64,000 bases of DNA. Origin: a virus. Position numbers and translations under genes: made by a program. Under the pieces are notes generated by a model, which was not told the DNA's origin, did no database searches, and saw only the letters and a list, made by a program, of their open reading frames with translations. Shown in pieces: positions 38,898-49,197 of the stretch. The first letter of the stretch is position 1; each line of letters opens with the position of its first letter. The stretch covers positions 48,007-112,006 of the IMG/VR virus record IMGVR_UViG_3300033998_000095. The stretch is one strand, 5' to 3'.

Positions 38898-39169
38898 TAA
38901 TCATGGATAAAAGAGATGGTTATACAATTAAAATTATAGGACAGGATAATAGACCAGATGATAAGTATGATCCAGAAGAACTAAAAGCTGGAATTGAAGT
39001 AGAGAAAGAACATACTGATCAAGAAGAACTAGCAAAAAGTATTGCTAAAGATCATTTGGATGAATTGCCAGATTATTATACTAGACTTAAAAAAATGGAA
39101 GATAAAAGCCAACTGGAAATAGAATCATTAATAGATAAGTTTTTGTATAAAGATGAAATAGATAATTAA
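38894..39169 (+). CDS. DUF5661-like protein
   Basis: GIEVEKEH...IAKDHLDELPDYYTRLKKME. Confidence 0.7.
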   Translation: MIIMDKRDGYTIKIIGQDNRPDDKYDPEELKAGIEVEKEHTDQEELAKSIAKDHLDELPDYYTRLKKMEDKSQLEIESLIDKFLYKDEIDN

Positions 39170-39193
39170 ATAATTATTATTTAGAAGGGGTGT

Positions 39194-40363
39194 ATGATTA
39201 TGGGTGATATTTATGAACTGGTAAAAGAGATTGAAGAGGATTTGAAAGAGACTGTTGAGGATATTAGTTTTAATGAAGATATTGAAACCATACCAACTGG
39301 TATAGATCTATTTGATACTATACTTGGTGGTGGAATACCTGTTGGTAAGTTGGTGCTTATAACAGGTGCTCCTGGTGGTGGAAAGACAAGCTTAGCAATA
39401 AGTATGATATCATCTTTGCAAAAGAGATATAAAAATGCTCTTGCTTTATATCTTGATGCTGAACAGTCTATGGGAAAGAAGAGATTGGAAGAATTTGATG
39501 TTGATACTGATAGGACTATTCTCATTTCCCAAGATCTTACAGTAGAAAAGGTTAGCAAGATAATATCTAAAGCAACTGCATATAGAGAAAATAAAAAATA
39601 TAAAGATATTAATGATCCTTTCTTTGTGGTATGGGATAGTGAATCTGCTACCATGACAAATAAACAGTTAGCAGCAAACGATGATCCATCTAAAGTACTT
39701 GGACAAAAGTCAAACATGTTATCATTAGTTATCCCTAAACTGGTAAATGTTGCTAATAAGTATAAAATGACATTTATAGTTATATCTCAATTGAGAGATA
39801 AGATAAGTATGAATCCATTTGCATCTAACTCTCCTGATTTGAAAGGATTAGGTGATAAAAGAATAACTGGTGGAAATGTGATGCGTTTTCATCCATTTCA
39901 GATCATCTATATGAGACCAAAGGAAGATGTAGATATAGATGTTTATGGATTCTCAGGTGTTATATCTGAAGTTAAATTGATAAAGAATAAGTTGTTTAGA
40001 CCAAACATTAAAATTAACATAGTCTTAGATTATATACGTGGTTATAATGATTTTTGGACTAGAGAGTATCTAATAAGACAACATAAAGGTATAAAAGGTA
40101 CAGCATGGCAGTATTTAGATAATTATCCAGATGTTAAGTTTAGAAAAAGCGATATCCTTAATATGTATAATACAAATGAGACATTTAGACAGAAATTTGA
40201 TGAATTGTATTATACCTATAAAGAAGAACTTTTGAAATCTACACTTCTAGATACTGCTGTTGTTGATCTTGATGATTCTGAAGAAGCAGATGAAGAAGAT
40301 GGTGTTTCTGATGTCAACTACCCACCGCTTATAGAAGCGGAGGCTTGGAAAAGCCTTAGTTGA
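39194..40363 (+). CDS. uvsX: RecA/UvsX recombinase; last 16 aa come from the IscB element
   Basis: GAPGGGKT, LDAE, VWDS, SQLRDK, TGGN, KNK. Confidence 0.9.
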   Translation: MIMGDIYELVKEIEEDLKETVEDISFNEDIETIPTGIDLFDTILGGGIPVGKLVLITGAPGGGKTSLAISMISSLQKRYKNALALYLDAEQSMGKKRLEEFDVDTDRTILISQDLTVEKVSKIISKATAYRENKKYKDINDPFFVVWDSESATMTNKQLAANDDPSKVLGQKSNMLSLVIPKLVNVANKYKMTFIVISQLRDKISMNPFASNSPDLKGLGDKRITGGNVMRFHPFQIIYMRPKEDVDIDVYGFSGVISEVKLIKNKLFRPNIKINIVLDYIRGYNDFWTREYLIRQHKGIKGTAWQYLDNYPDVKFRKSDILNMYNTNETFRQKFDELYYTYKEELLKSTLLDTAVVDLDDSEEADEEDGVSDVNYPPLIEAEAWKSLS

Positions 40364-40540
40364 CTACCCTAAGTCTTAACTGACTACGTTGGAATAATTA
40401 TCTTACCCTGAAATGATGCCCAAGTTTCAGGCTCTAAGGTGGCTCTGTAAAAGTTCTGATGGGTAGGAACGGTCAACCACAATTGGCAGTTATACTGCAA
40501 AGTTATTCCAACATTGGGGATGGGCAAATAACTCCGAAAG
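40313..40540 (+). ncRNA. IscB omegaRNA (HEARO-like)
   Basis: GTCAACTAC...GTTGACTACCC...GACTACGTT...AACATTGGGGATGGG. Confidence 0.85.
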
Positions 40541-40556
40541 GAGGGCTTAAAGCCAA

Positions 40557-41870
40557 ATGTTAGTATATGTTATTTCAGTTGATGGGAAACCTTTAATGCC
40601 TTGCAAGCCTGCTAAGGTAAGAAAATTGCTGAAAAACAAGAAGGCTAAAATAGTAAAATATGAACCATTTACAATTCAATTATTATTTGAGTGTGAAAAC
40701 CAAGTGCAAGATTGTATATTAGGAATTGACGCAGGAAGTAAACATATAGGAATAGCAGTTATAACTGAACAAGGTAATGTGCTTTATCGTGCCGAAGCAG
40801 AATTAAGGCAAGATATAAAAGAAAATATTGAAACAAGGAAACGGCTTCGGCAAGCAAGACGTAATAGAAAAACAAGATATAGAAAACCTAGATTTCTAAA
40901 TAGAAAAAGGAAAGAAGGATGGTTACCACCGAGTATACAATCAAGAATTAATGCTCATATAAGACTAGTAAATGATATTGTAAAAATTTTACCTATAAGC
41001 AGAATAAGAGTAGAAATAGGGCAATTTGATACACAGGCATTAGTTAATCCAGATATTAATGGTATAGAATATCAACAGGGAGAAATGTATGGATATGATA
41101 GCGTAAAAGAATATGTAAAAATAAGAGATAATTTTACTTGTCATTATGCAAAATTAAGACCAGACATACCTTGCAATGATATTCTTGAAGTAGACCATAT
41201 TATACCAAGAAGCAAGGGTGGTAGCAATAATCCAAGCAATTTGGTATGTAGTTGTGAAGCACATAATAAAGCAAAAGGCAACATGGAATACAAAGAATTT
41301 ACAGGTAAAAATCTACCTAAGATAAAGCAATTTCAGGAAACGGCATTTATGAATGTTCTTAAAGATTATCTTGTGCCTAAACTACAAGAAATAATACCAA
41401 CGCAGTATACTTTTGGACTATACACACGCAGAAAGCGTAAAGAGTGGAATATAGAAAAGTCGCATATAAACGATGCAGTAGTAATTGCAAATATAAAACC
41501 AATGAAGTATAGCGATAATATATATTATATAAAGCAAGTACGCAAAAAGAAACGTAATTTGCATGAAGAAATACCGCGTAAAGGTAGAAAAGAACCTAAT
41601 AGGAAAGCAAAAAGAAATAGCAAAAATACAAAAGAAATAATTGTAAAAGAAAAGAAGTGGTGCTTGCGGGATAAAGTGTATATACCAGAAATAAATAAGA
41701 TTGGTTTTATATCGGGATTCGCTGGTAATTGGGTATATGTGCAAGATATACAAGGCAATTATTTACAAACAACATCTAAATATAAGCAAATTAGCACAGA
41801 AAAAATTCGATTGGCGTGTAGAAACAACAATTGGATAACCGATTCATCCTCCACTTTCGCTTACGCTTAG
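40557..41870 (+). CDS. iscB: RNA-guided endonuclease IscB
   Basis: PLMPC, GIDAG, bridge helix, VEIGQFD, VDHIIP..SN..HN, SHINDA. Confidence 0.95.
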   Translation: MLVYVISVDGKPLMPCKPAKVRKLLKNKKAKIVKYEPFTIQLLFECENQVQDCILGIDAGSKHIGIAVITEQGNVLYRAEAELRQDIKENIETRKRLRQARRNRKTRYRKPRFLNRKRKEGWLPPSIQSRINAHIRLVNDIVKILPISRIRVEIGQFDTQALVNPDINGIEYQQGEMYGYDSVKEYVKIRDNFTCHYAKLRPDIPCNDILEVDHIIPRSKGGSNNPSNLVCSCEAHNKAKGNMEYKEFTGKNLPKIKQFQETAFMNVLKDYLVPKLQEIIPTQYTFGLYTRRKRKEWNIEKSHINDAVVIANIKPMKYSDNIYYIKQVRKKKRNLHEEIPRKGRKEPNRKAKRNSKNTKEIIVKEKKWCLRDKVYIPEINKIGFISGFAGNWVYVQDIQGNYLQTTSKYKQISTEKIRLACRNNNWITDSSSTFAYA

Positions 41871-41915
41871 AAGTGGAGGACTTCTCGGTAATTTAGTTAA
41901 ACAATAATTATATAT

Positions 41916-42401
41916 GTGGAGGATATTGTCATGTTAAGTATTAATCAGACAAAAGCCAAAATAGCAATAATCTTTAAAGATAAAGATATAGCTCAGGAAA
42001 CATTAAATGATATATGGGAAGCTTTTATAGCATTCATGGATGATGAGCTTCCCAGTAGAATTGGTAGTAAGATATTTACCAATCCAATATTTCATTCTTC
42101 AGCAGCTGGTGAGAAAACAGGCAACATTGAAACTGAAGAATTAAGAGAGCCTATGTTCATAACTAGAAAGTATATAACAGATGTTGATGATTTTATTCTT
42201 GTACTAAGTGCTTTAAGAAAGTGGAAACAAATGCAAGATAAAGATATCCATATTAGCATTGAAGTACTTGTTAATAAACTAAAATTTCCTTTATATTTAC
42301 GTAATAATAAATATATACCACCTGACACATATTATCACTTGAAAGTTATTACTAAACAAGAGGAAGAATTTATTAATAAATTGAATGAAAGTTTACTATA
42401 A
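41916..42401 (+). CDS. Hypothetical protein (likely start ATG 41931)
   Basis: GGAGG RBS at 41918. Confidence 0.6.
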   Translation: MEDIVMLSINQTKAKIAIIFKDKDIAQETLNDIWEAFIAFMDDELPSRIGSKIFTNPIFHSSAAGEKTGNIETEELREPMFITRKYITDVDDFILVLSALRKWKQMQDKDIHISIEVLVNKLKFPLYLRNNKYIPPDTYYHLKVITKQEEEFINKLNESLL

Positions 42402-42422
42402 AATAATTATTTAAATAGATAA

Positions 42423-43808
42423 ATGGGGGTTAATCCAATTATGATCAAAAATAATAATTTTATCTTGGACATGTTTTATACTTCAGAATTAGATAGCGTG
42501 GATGCTCAAAAGTTAGTACTGTTTAATGATGCTGATGTATTATGGTTTTATGAACAAGTAGAGTTTAATGGTACTATAATGTATAGAGTTCCACGCTATT
42601 ATTTTACTGATAAACAGGCTACAGATCTAACTACACATGGTGAAGATATTGATTTAAAAATTAAATCAGATTATGCTCCTCAAAGTGAAGCTCAAAGGTT
42701 AGCAATAGAAGCCATAGTTAATAATGATCATGGTTTAATAGCAGCTAAGGTTGGTTTTGGAAAAACATATGTTGCTATAGATGCTATATCTAGAATCAAA
42801 AAGAAGGCATTGATTGTAGTCAATAAAACAGCACTTATAGATCAGTGGATTGAGAGAATAATCCAATTTACATCTCTCACTGCTGATGATATTGGTATCA
42901 TATCTGGCAGAAAGCAAGAATTTAATAAACCCATTTGTATTGCTACTGTTCAGACTCTATTTAGAAGAGTTAAAAACGAAGATAAAGCCTTTATTAAAAG
43001 TATGTATGAAGCTAATTTTGGTGTTACCTTTTATGATGAATGCCATATAACAGCAGCAGCTCCAACATTTTCAACAAGTATTAAGACTATATTCTCTAAA
43101 AGACTATATGGATTGTCTGCTACGCCATATAGATCAGATGGTCTTGGACAATTATTGAATTGGTTTATAGGCCCAATTATATTTGATGATAGTAAGTTAA
43201 ATGTTCCTGTATATGTTGGACTAGTAGACATACCATTGTATATATCTCAAGGATATAAGAAGTATATTGAGTGGTCTAATGACAACAGCATAATAACACG
43301 CTATTGTAAGTTTCTTAAGAAACAGGATGTTTATATACGTCAGATAGCTAAGACAATAGATGATTTAATAAAATTAGATTTACAAATTTTAGGATTGAGT
43401 GCAATGATAGATCTTTTGTATATGATATATGATAAATGTCAATATAAACATAAGATATCTATAGTACATTCTTCTGTAGAGGAAAAAGATTATTCTAAAC
43501 AATGTATACTAGCTACATATGGAATGTTTAAAGAAGGAATGGATGTTCCACGTTTGAATACTTTAATTTATATAACTCCTATAACTAATAAGAACAGTTT
43601 AATGCAAAGCATAGGGAGAATCAGTAGATATACATCTGCAGATAAAAAGGCGTTTGTAATAGATATAGTTAATAGTGAATATGAACCATTGAAGAAGATG
43701 AGAGAATATAGGCTTCGCTATTACAAACAATTTGGATTTAAATATGTTAATGCTGATCTGGATAATATAGATAAGTTTATAGAGTATGCACGAGGAGGTA
43801 TTATATAA
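42423..43808 (+). CDS. uvsW: SF2 helicase (UvsW-like)
   Basis: GFGKT, DECH, GLSATP, EGMDVP, QSIGRISR. Confidence 0.85.
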   Translation: MGVNPIMIKNNNFILDMFYTSELDSVDAQKLVLFNDADVLWFYEQVEFNGTIMYRVPRYYFTDKQATDLTTHGEDIDLKIKSDYAPQSEAQRLAIEAIVNNDHGLIAAKVGFGKTYVAIDAISRIKKKALIVVNKTALIDQWIERIIQFTSLTADDIGIISGRKQEFNKPICIATVQTLFRRVKNEDKAFIKSMYEANFGVTFYDECHITAAAPTFSTSIKTIFSKRLYGLSATPYRSDGLGQLLNWFIGPIIFDDSKLNVPVYVGLVDIPLYISQGYKKYIEWSNDNSIITRYCKFLKKQDVYIRQIAKTIDDLIKLDLQILGLSAMIDLLYMIYDKCQYKHKISIVHSSVEEKDYSKQCILATYGMFKEGMDVPRLNTLIYITPITNKNSLMQSIGRISRYTSADKKAFVIDIVNSEYEPLKKMREYRLRYYKQFGFKYVNADLDNIDKFIEYARGGII

Positions 43809-43809
43809 A

Positions 43810-44742
43810 ATGGATGGACAGAAGAAAGTAAAAAAATGTTTTGTACAGGGTGATATTGAGAGTAATAATGTATATATGACTTCTGGTTTACAACCACCAA
43901 CTGATGCTGATTTGATATATAGAAGTGAGATATCAGCATATACACAACCTTTCAGTAGTGGTGGTTGTTATGATGACAAAACAAAAGTCAGAACAGATAA
44001 TGGATGGAAGTATTTCAAAGATGTAGATATTGATGAAGATCGTTTTTACACTTTTAATATAGATAGTAATAGGATTCAGTTACAGCATGCTATAAAAAAA
44101 TTTGATTTCGATATTGATGAAGAATTAATTCATTTTAAAAGTACTGTATTGGATATAATGGTTACAAAAGATCATAATATGGTAATAATAGATAAAAATG
44201 GAAAATATAGAATTGTACAAGCATCAATGGTAGAAGAAATGTTTCAAAAAGGGGAACATATATTTATCCCAACTGCAGAAACAGAGCATGCTTCTTTAAA
44301 AGTACAGAGTATAGAACGAGTACCATATAAAGGAAAAGTATATTGTGTTGAAGTTCCCAATCATGTTTTGTATGTTAAAAGAGAATGTGGTATCCCTGTT
44401 TGGTGTGGAAACTCTATAGAACATGTCTTTCTTGGAGCTAAAGTGTCTGAAAAATTAAAAAAGGATATAATTGATAAGTTATTCGATATGCCAATTAATT
44501 ATATTACATTGTCACCAGTATTGAGCGTATGTAATAATTGTCATTCTAAGTTTGTAGGAGAACATTATGTATGCCCTAATTGCAAAGACGCTGATCATAT
44601 GATGATATATGCTAGGATAATTGGATATGTAAGACCAATCATATCAGGACATATACGCATAGAGAATAATATGATAAATGGTGATGAAAACTATTGGCAA
44701 GATGCTAGACGTGTTGATTGGGTAGACAGAAATAAGTTATAA
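43810..44742 (+). CDS. nrdD: Class III ribonucleotide reductase NrdD, C-terminal (glycyl-radical) fragment with mini-intein
   Basis: YMTSG, TQPFSSGG|intein|SIEH, YITLSP, CxxC...CxxC, YARIIGYVRP; RBS GAGGAGG favours ATG 43810. Confidence 0.88.
   Translation: MDGQKKVKKCFVQGDIESNNVYMTSGLQPPTDADLIYRSEISAYTQPFSSGGCYDDKTKVRTDNGWKYFKDVDIDEDRFYTFNIDSNRIQLQHAIKKFDFDIDEELIHFKSTVLDIMVTKDHNMVIIDKNGKYRIVQASMVEEMFQKGEHIFIPTAETEHASLKVQSIERVPYKGKVYCVEVPNHVLYVKRECGIPVWCGNSIEHVFLGAKVSEKLKKDIIDKLFDMPINYITLSPVLSVCNNCHSKFVGEHYVCPNCKDADHMMIYARIIGYVRPIISGHIRIENNMINGDENYWQDARRVDWVDRNKL
43966..44412 (+). other. Cis mini-intein (149 aa, C1...TKDH...WCGN, +1 Ser)
   Basis: CYDDKTKVRT..GWK, VTKDHNM, VYCVEVPNH, WCGN|S; no endonuclease domain. 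Confidence 0.93.
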
Positions 44743-44766
44743 TAAAGGAGCGTATGAAAAGAAAGA

Positions 44767-45174
44767 ATGGGTGAATGCAATTTGTATCTGATTAAAGCTA
44801 TATCTATACTAATTGAAGATGAAATATATCCAGATATACTATTACGCATAATGGCATCAGCAAAGACCTCTACACCCATTCTTTATTCATTAGTAAATAT
44901 ACTTAAAAGAGCAGAATTTATAGATGTACCAGATAAACAGTTGCTATATTTTATTAGTAAACATATAATTAAGTTATCTAAATATATACAAAGTAATACA
45001 TCATCTCGTGAATTAATACATGCTAGCATTAAAGATGAACTAGAGTCATTATCAATTTGGATTGATGTTGATAATAATCTTAGTAATTTAGTTTTAATTC
45101 TTTATAAGATGTTTCCAGAAGATCATGATATAGAAAACTTAGTAAAAAAAGTTAATAATATTCTTAAAGACTAA
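44767..45174 (+). CDS. Hypothetical helical protein
   Basis: ORF inside the RNR cluster. Confidence 0.55.
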   Translation: MGECNLYLIKAISILIEDEIYPDILLRIMASAKTSTPILYSLVNILKRAEFIDVPDKQLLYFISKHIIKLSKYIQSNTSSRELIHASIKDELESLSIWIDVDNNLSNLVLILYKMFPEDHDIENLVKKVNNILKD

Positions 45175-45216
45175 TTCTGTAATAGTAGAATAACTTTTAT
45201 TGGGAGGTAATGTTAC

Positions 45217-45840
45217 ATGCGTGAACCAATGTTTTTTAATTTACAATGTTCTTTAGTTGATCATCCTGAGACAATTTCTGCTGTTGTTTATACCAGATTC
45301 TGTAATTGGAATTGCTGGGGTTGCCATAATATGAAGTATTTATTAAAAGGCAAAGATCTGGTATCATATACAATGGAAGATATAATTCAAGCTGCTAAGA
45401 ACCCACTTGTTGAATTATTAATTATTACTGGTGGAGAACCTCTTATTCAGGGTGATGAATTTATAGATGCTTTGAGATATCTTAGGCGGAATATAGAGAA
45501 ACCAATTAGATTAGATACCAATGGTACTTCTCCTGAATTAGTGAAACAGGTAAAAGAAGAAGGATTAGTAGATGGGTTTGCTGTAGATGTCAAGTTTCCA
45601 TATTGGTTAGAAGATCATGATAATATTTTACAAAAGATAACTGGTACAAAAGATATTGATAAGAGTGCTATACTTAAGACTATGAAGCTGGTTGATGGTA
45701 TGCCTTTTAGTTTATTTAGGACAGTTAAATATCCTATATTGTCAAATGAGCTTTTATCTTGTATAACTACATATATGAAGGATAATTTTACGTCACCACA
45801 TTTTGTGAACACATATTATACGTTTAATAATGTACAATAA
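45217..45840 (+). CDS. nrdG: Anaerobic RNR activase (radical SAM)
   Basis: SLVDHP, CNWNCWGCHN, ITGGEP, LDTNG. Confidence 0.92.
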   Translation: MREPMFFNLQCSLVDHPETISAVVYTRFCNWNCWGCHNMKYLLKGKDLVSYTMEDIIQAAKNPLVELLIITGGEPLIQGDEFIDALRYLRRNIEKPIRLDTNGTSPELVKQVKEEGLVDGFAVDVKFPYWLEDHDNILQKITGTKDIDKSAILKTMKLVDGMPFSLFRTVKYPILSNELLSCITTYMKDNFTSPHFVNTYYTFNNVQ

Positions 45841-45869
45841 TAAAATTATTTAAGGAGGATATAATTATC

Positions 45870-47423
45870 ATGTCAAAGTATACTGAAATAGTTGACAAAT
45901 ATCTTAATAGGGATGACATTTCCAGGCATAATAGTAATTTGGTTTATTCTTTACCTGCACTTAATTCAACATTATATGGTGAAGCAAGTAAAGAATATTG
46001 GTTTGAAAAGGTGTACCCATCATATGCCAGTAAATTGCATGAAGAAGGATGGCTATATATACATAATTTGAGCATATTAGGTCCATATTGTTCTGGATAT
46101 TCTGCTGAAGATATAGCTATGAAAGGACTTAATTCCACTGCTGTAAATGGATTAAAGACAGCCCCTCCCAAACATGTACATAGTCTTTTAGGTCAGTGCA
46201 GTAATTTTATTGCATTAATTTCTCAAGAAATACATGGTGCATGTGCTATAAATGATATTACAACAGTAGTGGCAGCCTATCTGTTTGTTGAAAGAGAGTT
46301 ATTAAACAGAAATGTTGATTATCAAGATCTAATTAATGCATGGCAGCATTTTATATTTGAAATTAATGTTCCTTTTAGAGCAGGTAATAGTTCTTTTTCT
46401 AATATCACAATGGCATTTGGAGGACCAGATGCTGCTTTAAAGGATGAATTTATTGTATTTGGTGGAAACCATTTAATTAAAAATACTGTTATACGTTCTG
46501 GAAATACAGAGATTAAACTTGATAGAGATTATAAGTATTCAGATGTACCTGCAAAATATTATGATGAAGTGAATAAAGCATTTATAGAGACTTTTGCAAA
46601 AGGAGATAATAGTGGAAAACCATTCAGTTTTCCTTTGATTACAGTTAATATAACTGATAATTTTGATTTTGATAATGAAATATTTAATATGCTACTTGAA
46701 GAAATGGATAAATGGGGTGGAGTATATTTTGAAAATTATAGAACCAAACCATTTCTTGAAGATAGCAAATATAAACAATTAAACAAGTATATTAAAGCTA
46801 GAAATATGGAGATGCAGAAATCATTTTGTTGTAGATTTCAAGTCTCTTTAGAGGATATATTGAAAATAAATAGTGGTATATTTAGAAGTGGTTCTGGTGT
46901 GGGTGGTGTTGGTGTATTTAATATTAATCTAAATAGAATTGGATATATAGCTCAAGGTGATTGGGATATATATTTCACTATTTTAGATGATCTTATGGAG
47001 AAAGCTGAAGAATTAGCACAGGCTAAGAGATGTTTTATAGAAGCGCATAAAGAACTATATCCTTACTTTTTCTTTTATAACCAATCTCTAGATTCTTATT
47101 TTAATGTTATATCTATTTGTGGTGGACATGAATCTCTTATGAATATGGGTTATTCAAAGGGATTACTTTCTGAAGATGGTATTGTTGCTGCTACTAAAAT
47201 AGGTGATTTTATGTGCAAGAAAGTTAATGCACTTATTAAGAGAGATAATATTCCTATAAATTTAGAATATGCTCCATCAGAATCTGCTGCTCCAAAGATG
47301 GCTAAAGCTGATTTGAGTTTCCAGAAATGGATAGAGAATGAGATGCAACCTGAAGATAAGTTTTCCTTTTTCAAGGATATCATAAAGCAGCAGTATGAAA
47401 AGGGAGTATTCTTTGAGGATTGA
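45870..47423 (+). CDS. nrdD: Class III RNR NrdD, N-terminal catalytic barrel fragment
   Basis: LHEEGWLYIHNL...YC, PFSFP, SFCCR, NINLNR, EYAPSES; lacks the Gly-radical C-terminus. Confidence 0.9.
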   Translation: MSKYTEIVDKYLNRDDISRHNSNLVYSLPALNSTLYGEASKEYWFEKVYPSYASKLHEEGWLYIHNLSILGPYCSGYSAEDIAMKGLNSTAVNGLKTAPPKHVHSLLGQCSNFIALISQEIHGACAINDITTVVAAYLFVERELLNRNVDYQDLINAWQHFIFEINVPFRAGNSSFSNITMAFGGPDAALKDEFIVFGGNHLIKNTVIRSGNTEIKLDRDYKYSDVPAKYYDEVNKAFIETFAKGDNSGKPFSFPLITVNITDNFDFDNEIFNMLLEEMDKWGGVYFENYRTKPFLEDSKYKQLNKYIKARNMEMQKSFCCRFQVSLEDILKINSGIFRSGSGVGGVGVFNINLNRIGYIAQGDWDIYFTILDDLMEKAEELAQAKRCFIEAHKELYPYFFFYNQSLDSYFNVISICGGHESLMNMGYSKGLLSEDGIVAATKIGDFMCKKVNALIKRDNIPINLEYAPSESAAPKMAKADLSFQKWIENEMQPEDKFSFFKDIIKQQYEKGVFFED

Positions 47424-47448
47424 CATTGAAAGTACATAATGCTATAAT
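47420..47448 (+). promoter_or_regulatory. Consensus sigma70 promoter
   Basis: TTGACA-17-TATAAT with extended TG. Confidence 0.8.
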
Positions 47449-47514
47449 CAAAATGATATATATTACATATTAACTTAATAAACTATTTTTTAATATTTTA
47501 AATTATGATTATCT

Positions 47515-48198
47515 GTGGAGGTAATTGTAATAATGGCTTCCAATTCCTATATACAGGACAGAACACGTAGAAAGAATGTTAGCAGAATTATTGATAAAGT
47601 AATTATACGTGATTATGTCTCCAATCATTTTCAAACAGCTGTCTTTAGCTTAGAAGATATGGATACTCAAGATAATATATTTTCTAAGTTTGATATTATT
47701 TATGGTATTGATCATTTTCACTTTGCAAAGAATGAGCGTGCTAAATTGACAACATTTGCGACATCTAATAGAATATGTTTTTATACCAGTACACCAAAGT
47801 ATTATTTTCAGATTAAATTTCATCGTAGTACATATGAAACAGAATATGAAAAATGGAAAAGATATATAGAGAATTCAAAACAATTTCAAAAAGAGTTTCT
47901 CATTATACCAACCTATTTTATTCAATCTATTGTACAAGAGGATTTGAGACGTTTAATTGAATGGTATCTTGCAAAAGATTGGAAAGTAGAAGATATAGAA
48001 CGTCATCTTAAGAAGAATATGGAACGTTTTAAAATCAATGAAAAGATTTCTCATATAGCAGTTGCTAAGATAAAGGATATAATAGATGCTATTGATAATG
48101 GTCATTATACTACAAAAAAAATAAAAGATGGTTCAAGTATTCTTGTTTGGGCAATGGTACCTTGGACTGCAGTTAATGATCTAGAACTTATTAAATAA
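47515..48198 (+). CDS. Hypothetical protein
   Basis: ORF with GGAGG RBS (likely ATG 47533). Confidence 0.65.
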   Translation: MEVIVIMASNSYIQDRTRRKNVSRIIDKVIIRDYVSNHFQTAVFSLEDMDTQDNIFSKFDIIYGIDHFHFAKNERAKLTTFATSNRICFYTSTPKYYFQIKFHRSTYETEYEKWKRYIENSKQFQKEFLIIPTYFIQSIVQEDLRRLIEWYLAKDWKVEDIERHLKKNMERFKINEKISHIAVAKIKDIIDAIDNGHYTTKKIKDGSSILVWAMVPWTAVNDLELIK

Positions 48199-48241
48199 TT
48201 ATAATATCATCATATTATTAAAAGGAGAGAGATAAATCCAA

Positions 48242-49174
48242 ATGCTGGTAACTAATTATGGTGTTGATTGTGCATTCTCACAGGTTATATACTATCACAT
48301 TACAAGTAAGATGGATTTCTATACAGTTTCTCCAAGAAATATAAATATATTCCTTGTATCAGCTGAACCAGATATAATAATAGGATATTCTCATATAAGT
48401 GTTCCAATTCCAGATAATATAGTTATTATTAATAATACAAAAACAAGTAAAGAATTCTTTGATGGGTTTAATAACTTCATTTATGGTGATAAATCTAATA
48501 CTAGATTGTTATATGAATACCTATCTAAAACAAATAAGGTAGATGATAACATTAGAAAGATAATACTTCCAATTTGTAATATGGCTGATAATTGTGGATT
48601 TACATACAATGAAATAAGTCAAGATATTAAAGAATTATATAATGTTTTAGGTAATGATCAGTTCATTTACAGATTTATAATTAATCCAGATTTGACATTA
48701 AATAAACATGAACAACATCTTATATCACGTAGTATAAAAGAGAAAGAGCTAATAGTAGAACAATATTGTAATAATTTTTTAACATATGATGATGGAATTG
48801 TTATATGTAGATCACATTATAATATCAATGATAGGGTTGTGGATAAGATATTAACCAAATATGAAACAGAAGTCATCTTAATAACATTGTGGGATTATTC
48901 CCAAGATGGTAAAATAAAAATAAATATGTATTCCCAGTCAGTCCTTGCTGGTAAAATAGCAGAGCGTTTCGATGGTAATAACTTTTTCTCTAAAGGTGTT
49001 TTTCAATTAGATATACCTAAAGATATTAATGATATCAATATGTGGCTTCTAGAAATAATGAAATCTAATAAGGCTAAGATATATGAAGATATGATAGTAG
49101 AGAATTACAATAATAATCAATATATCAATTATGATCAGGCTACTATAGATGATATATTTTCTGGAATAATATAA
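48242..49174 (+). CDS. Degenerate DHH/DHHA1-like protein
   Basis: Overall layout parallels the 61857 gene (KINMYS...IAERFDGN) but the DxD, DHH and GGGH motifs are missing. Confidence 0.45.
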   Translation: MLVTNYGVDCAFSQVIYYHITSKMDFYTVSPRNINIFLVSAEPDIIIGYSHISVPIPDNIVIINNTKTSKEFFDGFNNFIYGDKSNTRLLYEYLSKTNKVDDNIRKIILPICNMADNCGFTYNEISQDIKELYNVLGNDQFIYRFIINPDLTLNKHEQHLISRSIKEKELIVEQYCNNFLTYDDGIVICRSHYNINDRVVDKILTKYETEVILITLWDYSQDGKIKINMYSQSVLAGKIAERFDGNNFFSKGVFQLDIPKDINDINMWLLEIMKSNKAKIYEDMIVENYNNNQYINYDQATIDDIFSGII

Positions 49175-49197
49175 GAGATAATTGGAGATGATCAATA

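Larger units (their letters stand above)
40313..41896 (+). mobile_element. IS200/IS605 IscB (OMEGA) element 2
   Basis: GTCAACTACCC start, omegaRNA, iscB, terminal hairpin CCTCCACTT..AAGTGGAGG, then TTAAA. Confidence 0.88.

Noticed and set aside
39194-42401. In-frame uvsX fusion with the 41916 ORF after element excision
   Set aside because: It only works if TTAA is inside the element. The shared TTAA is better explained as the target motif, and the downstream ORF has its own RBS.
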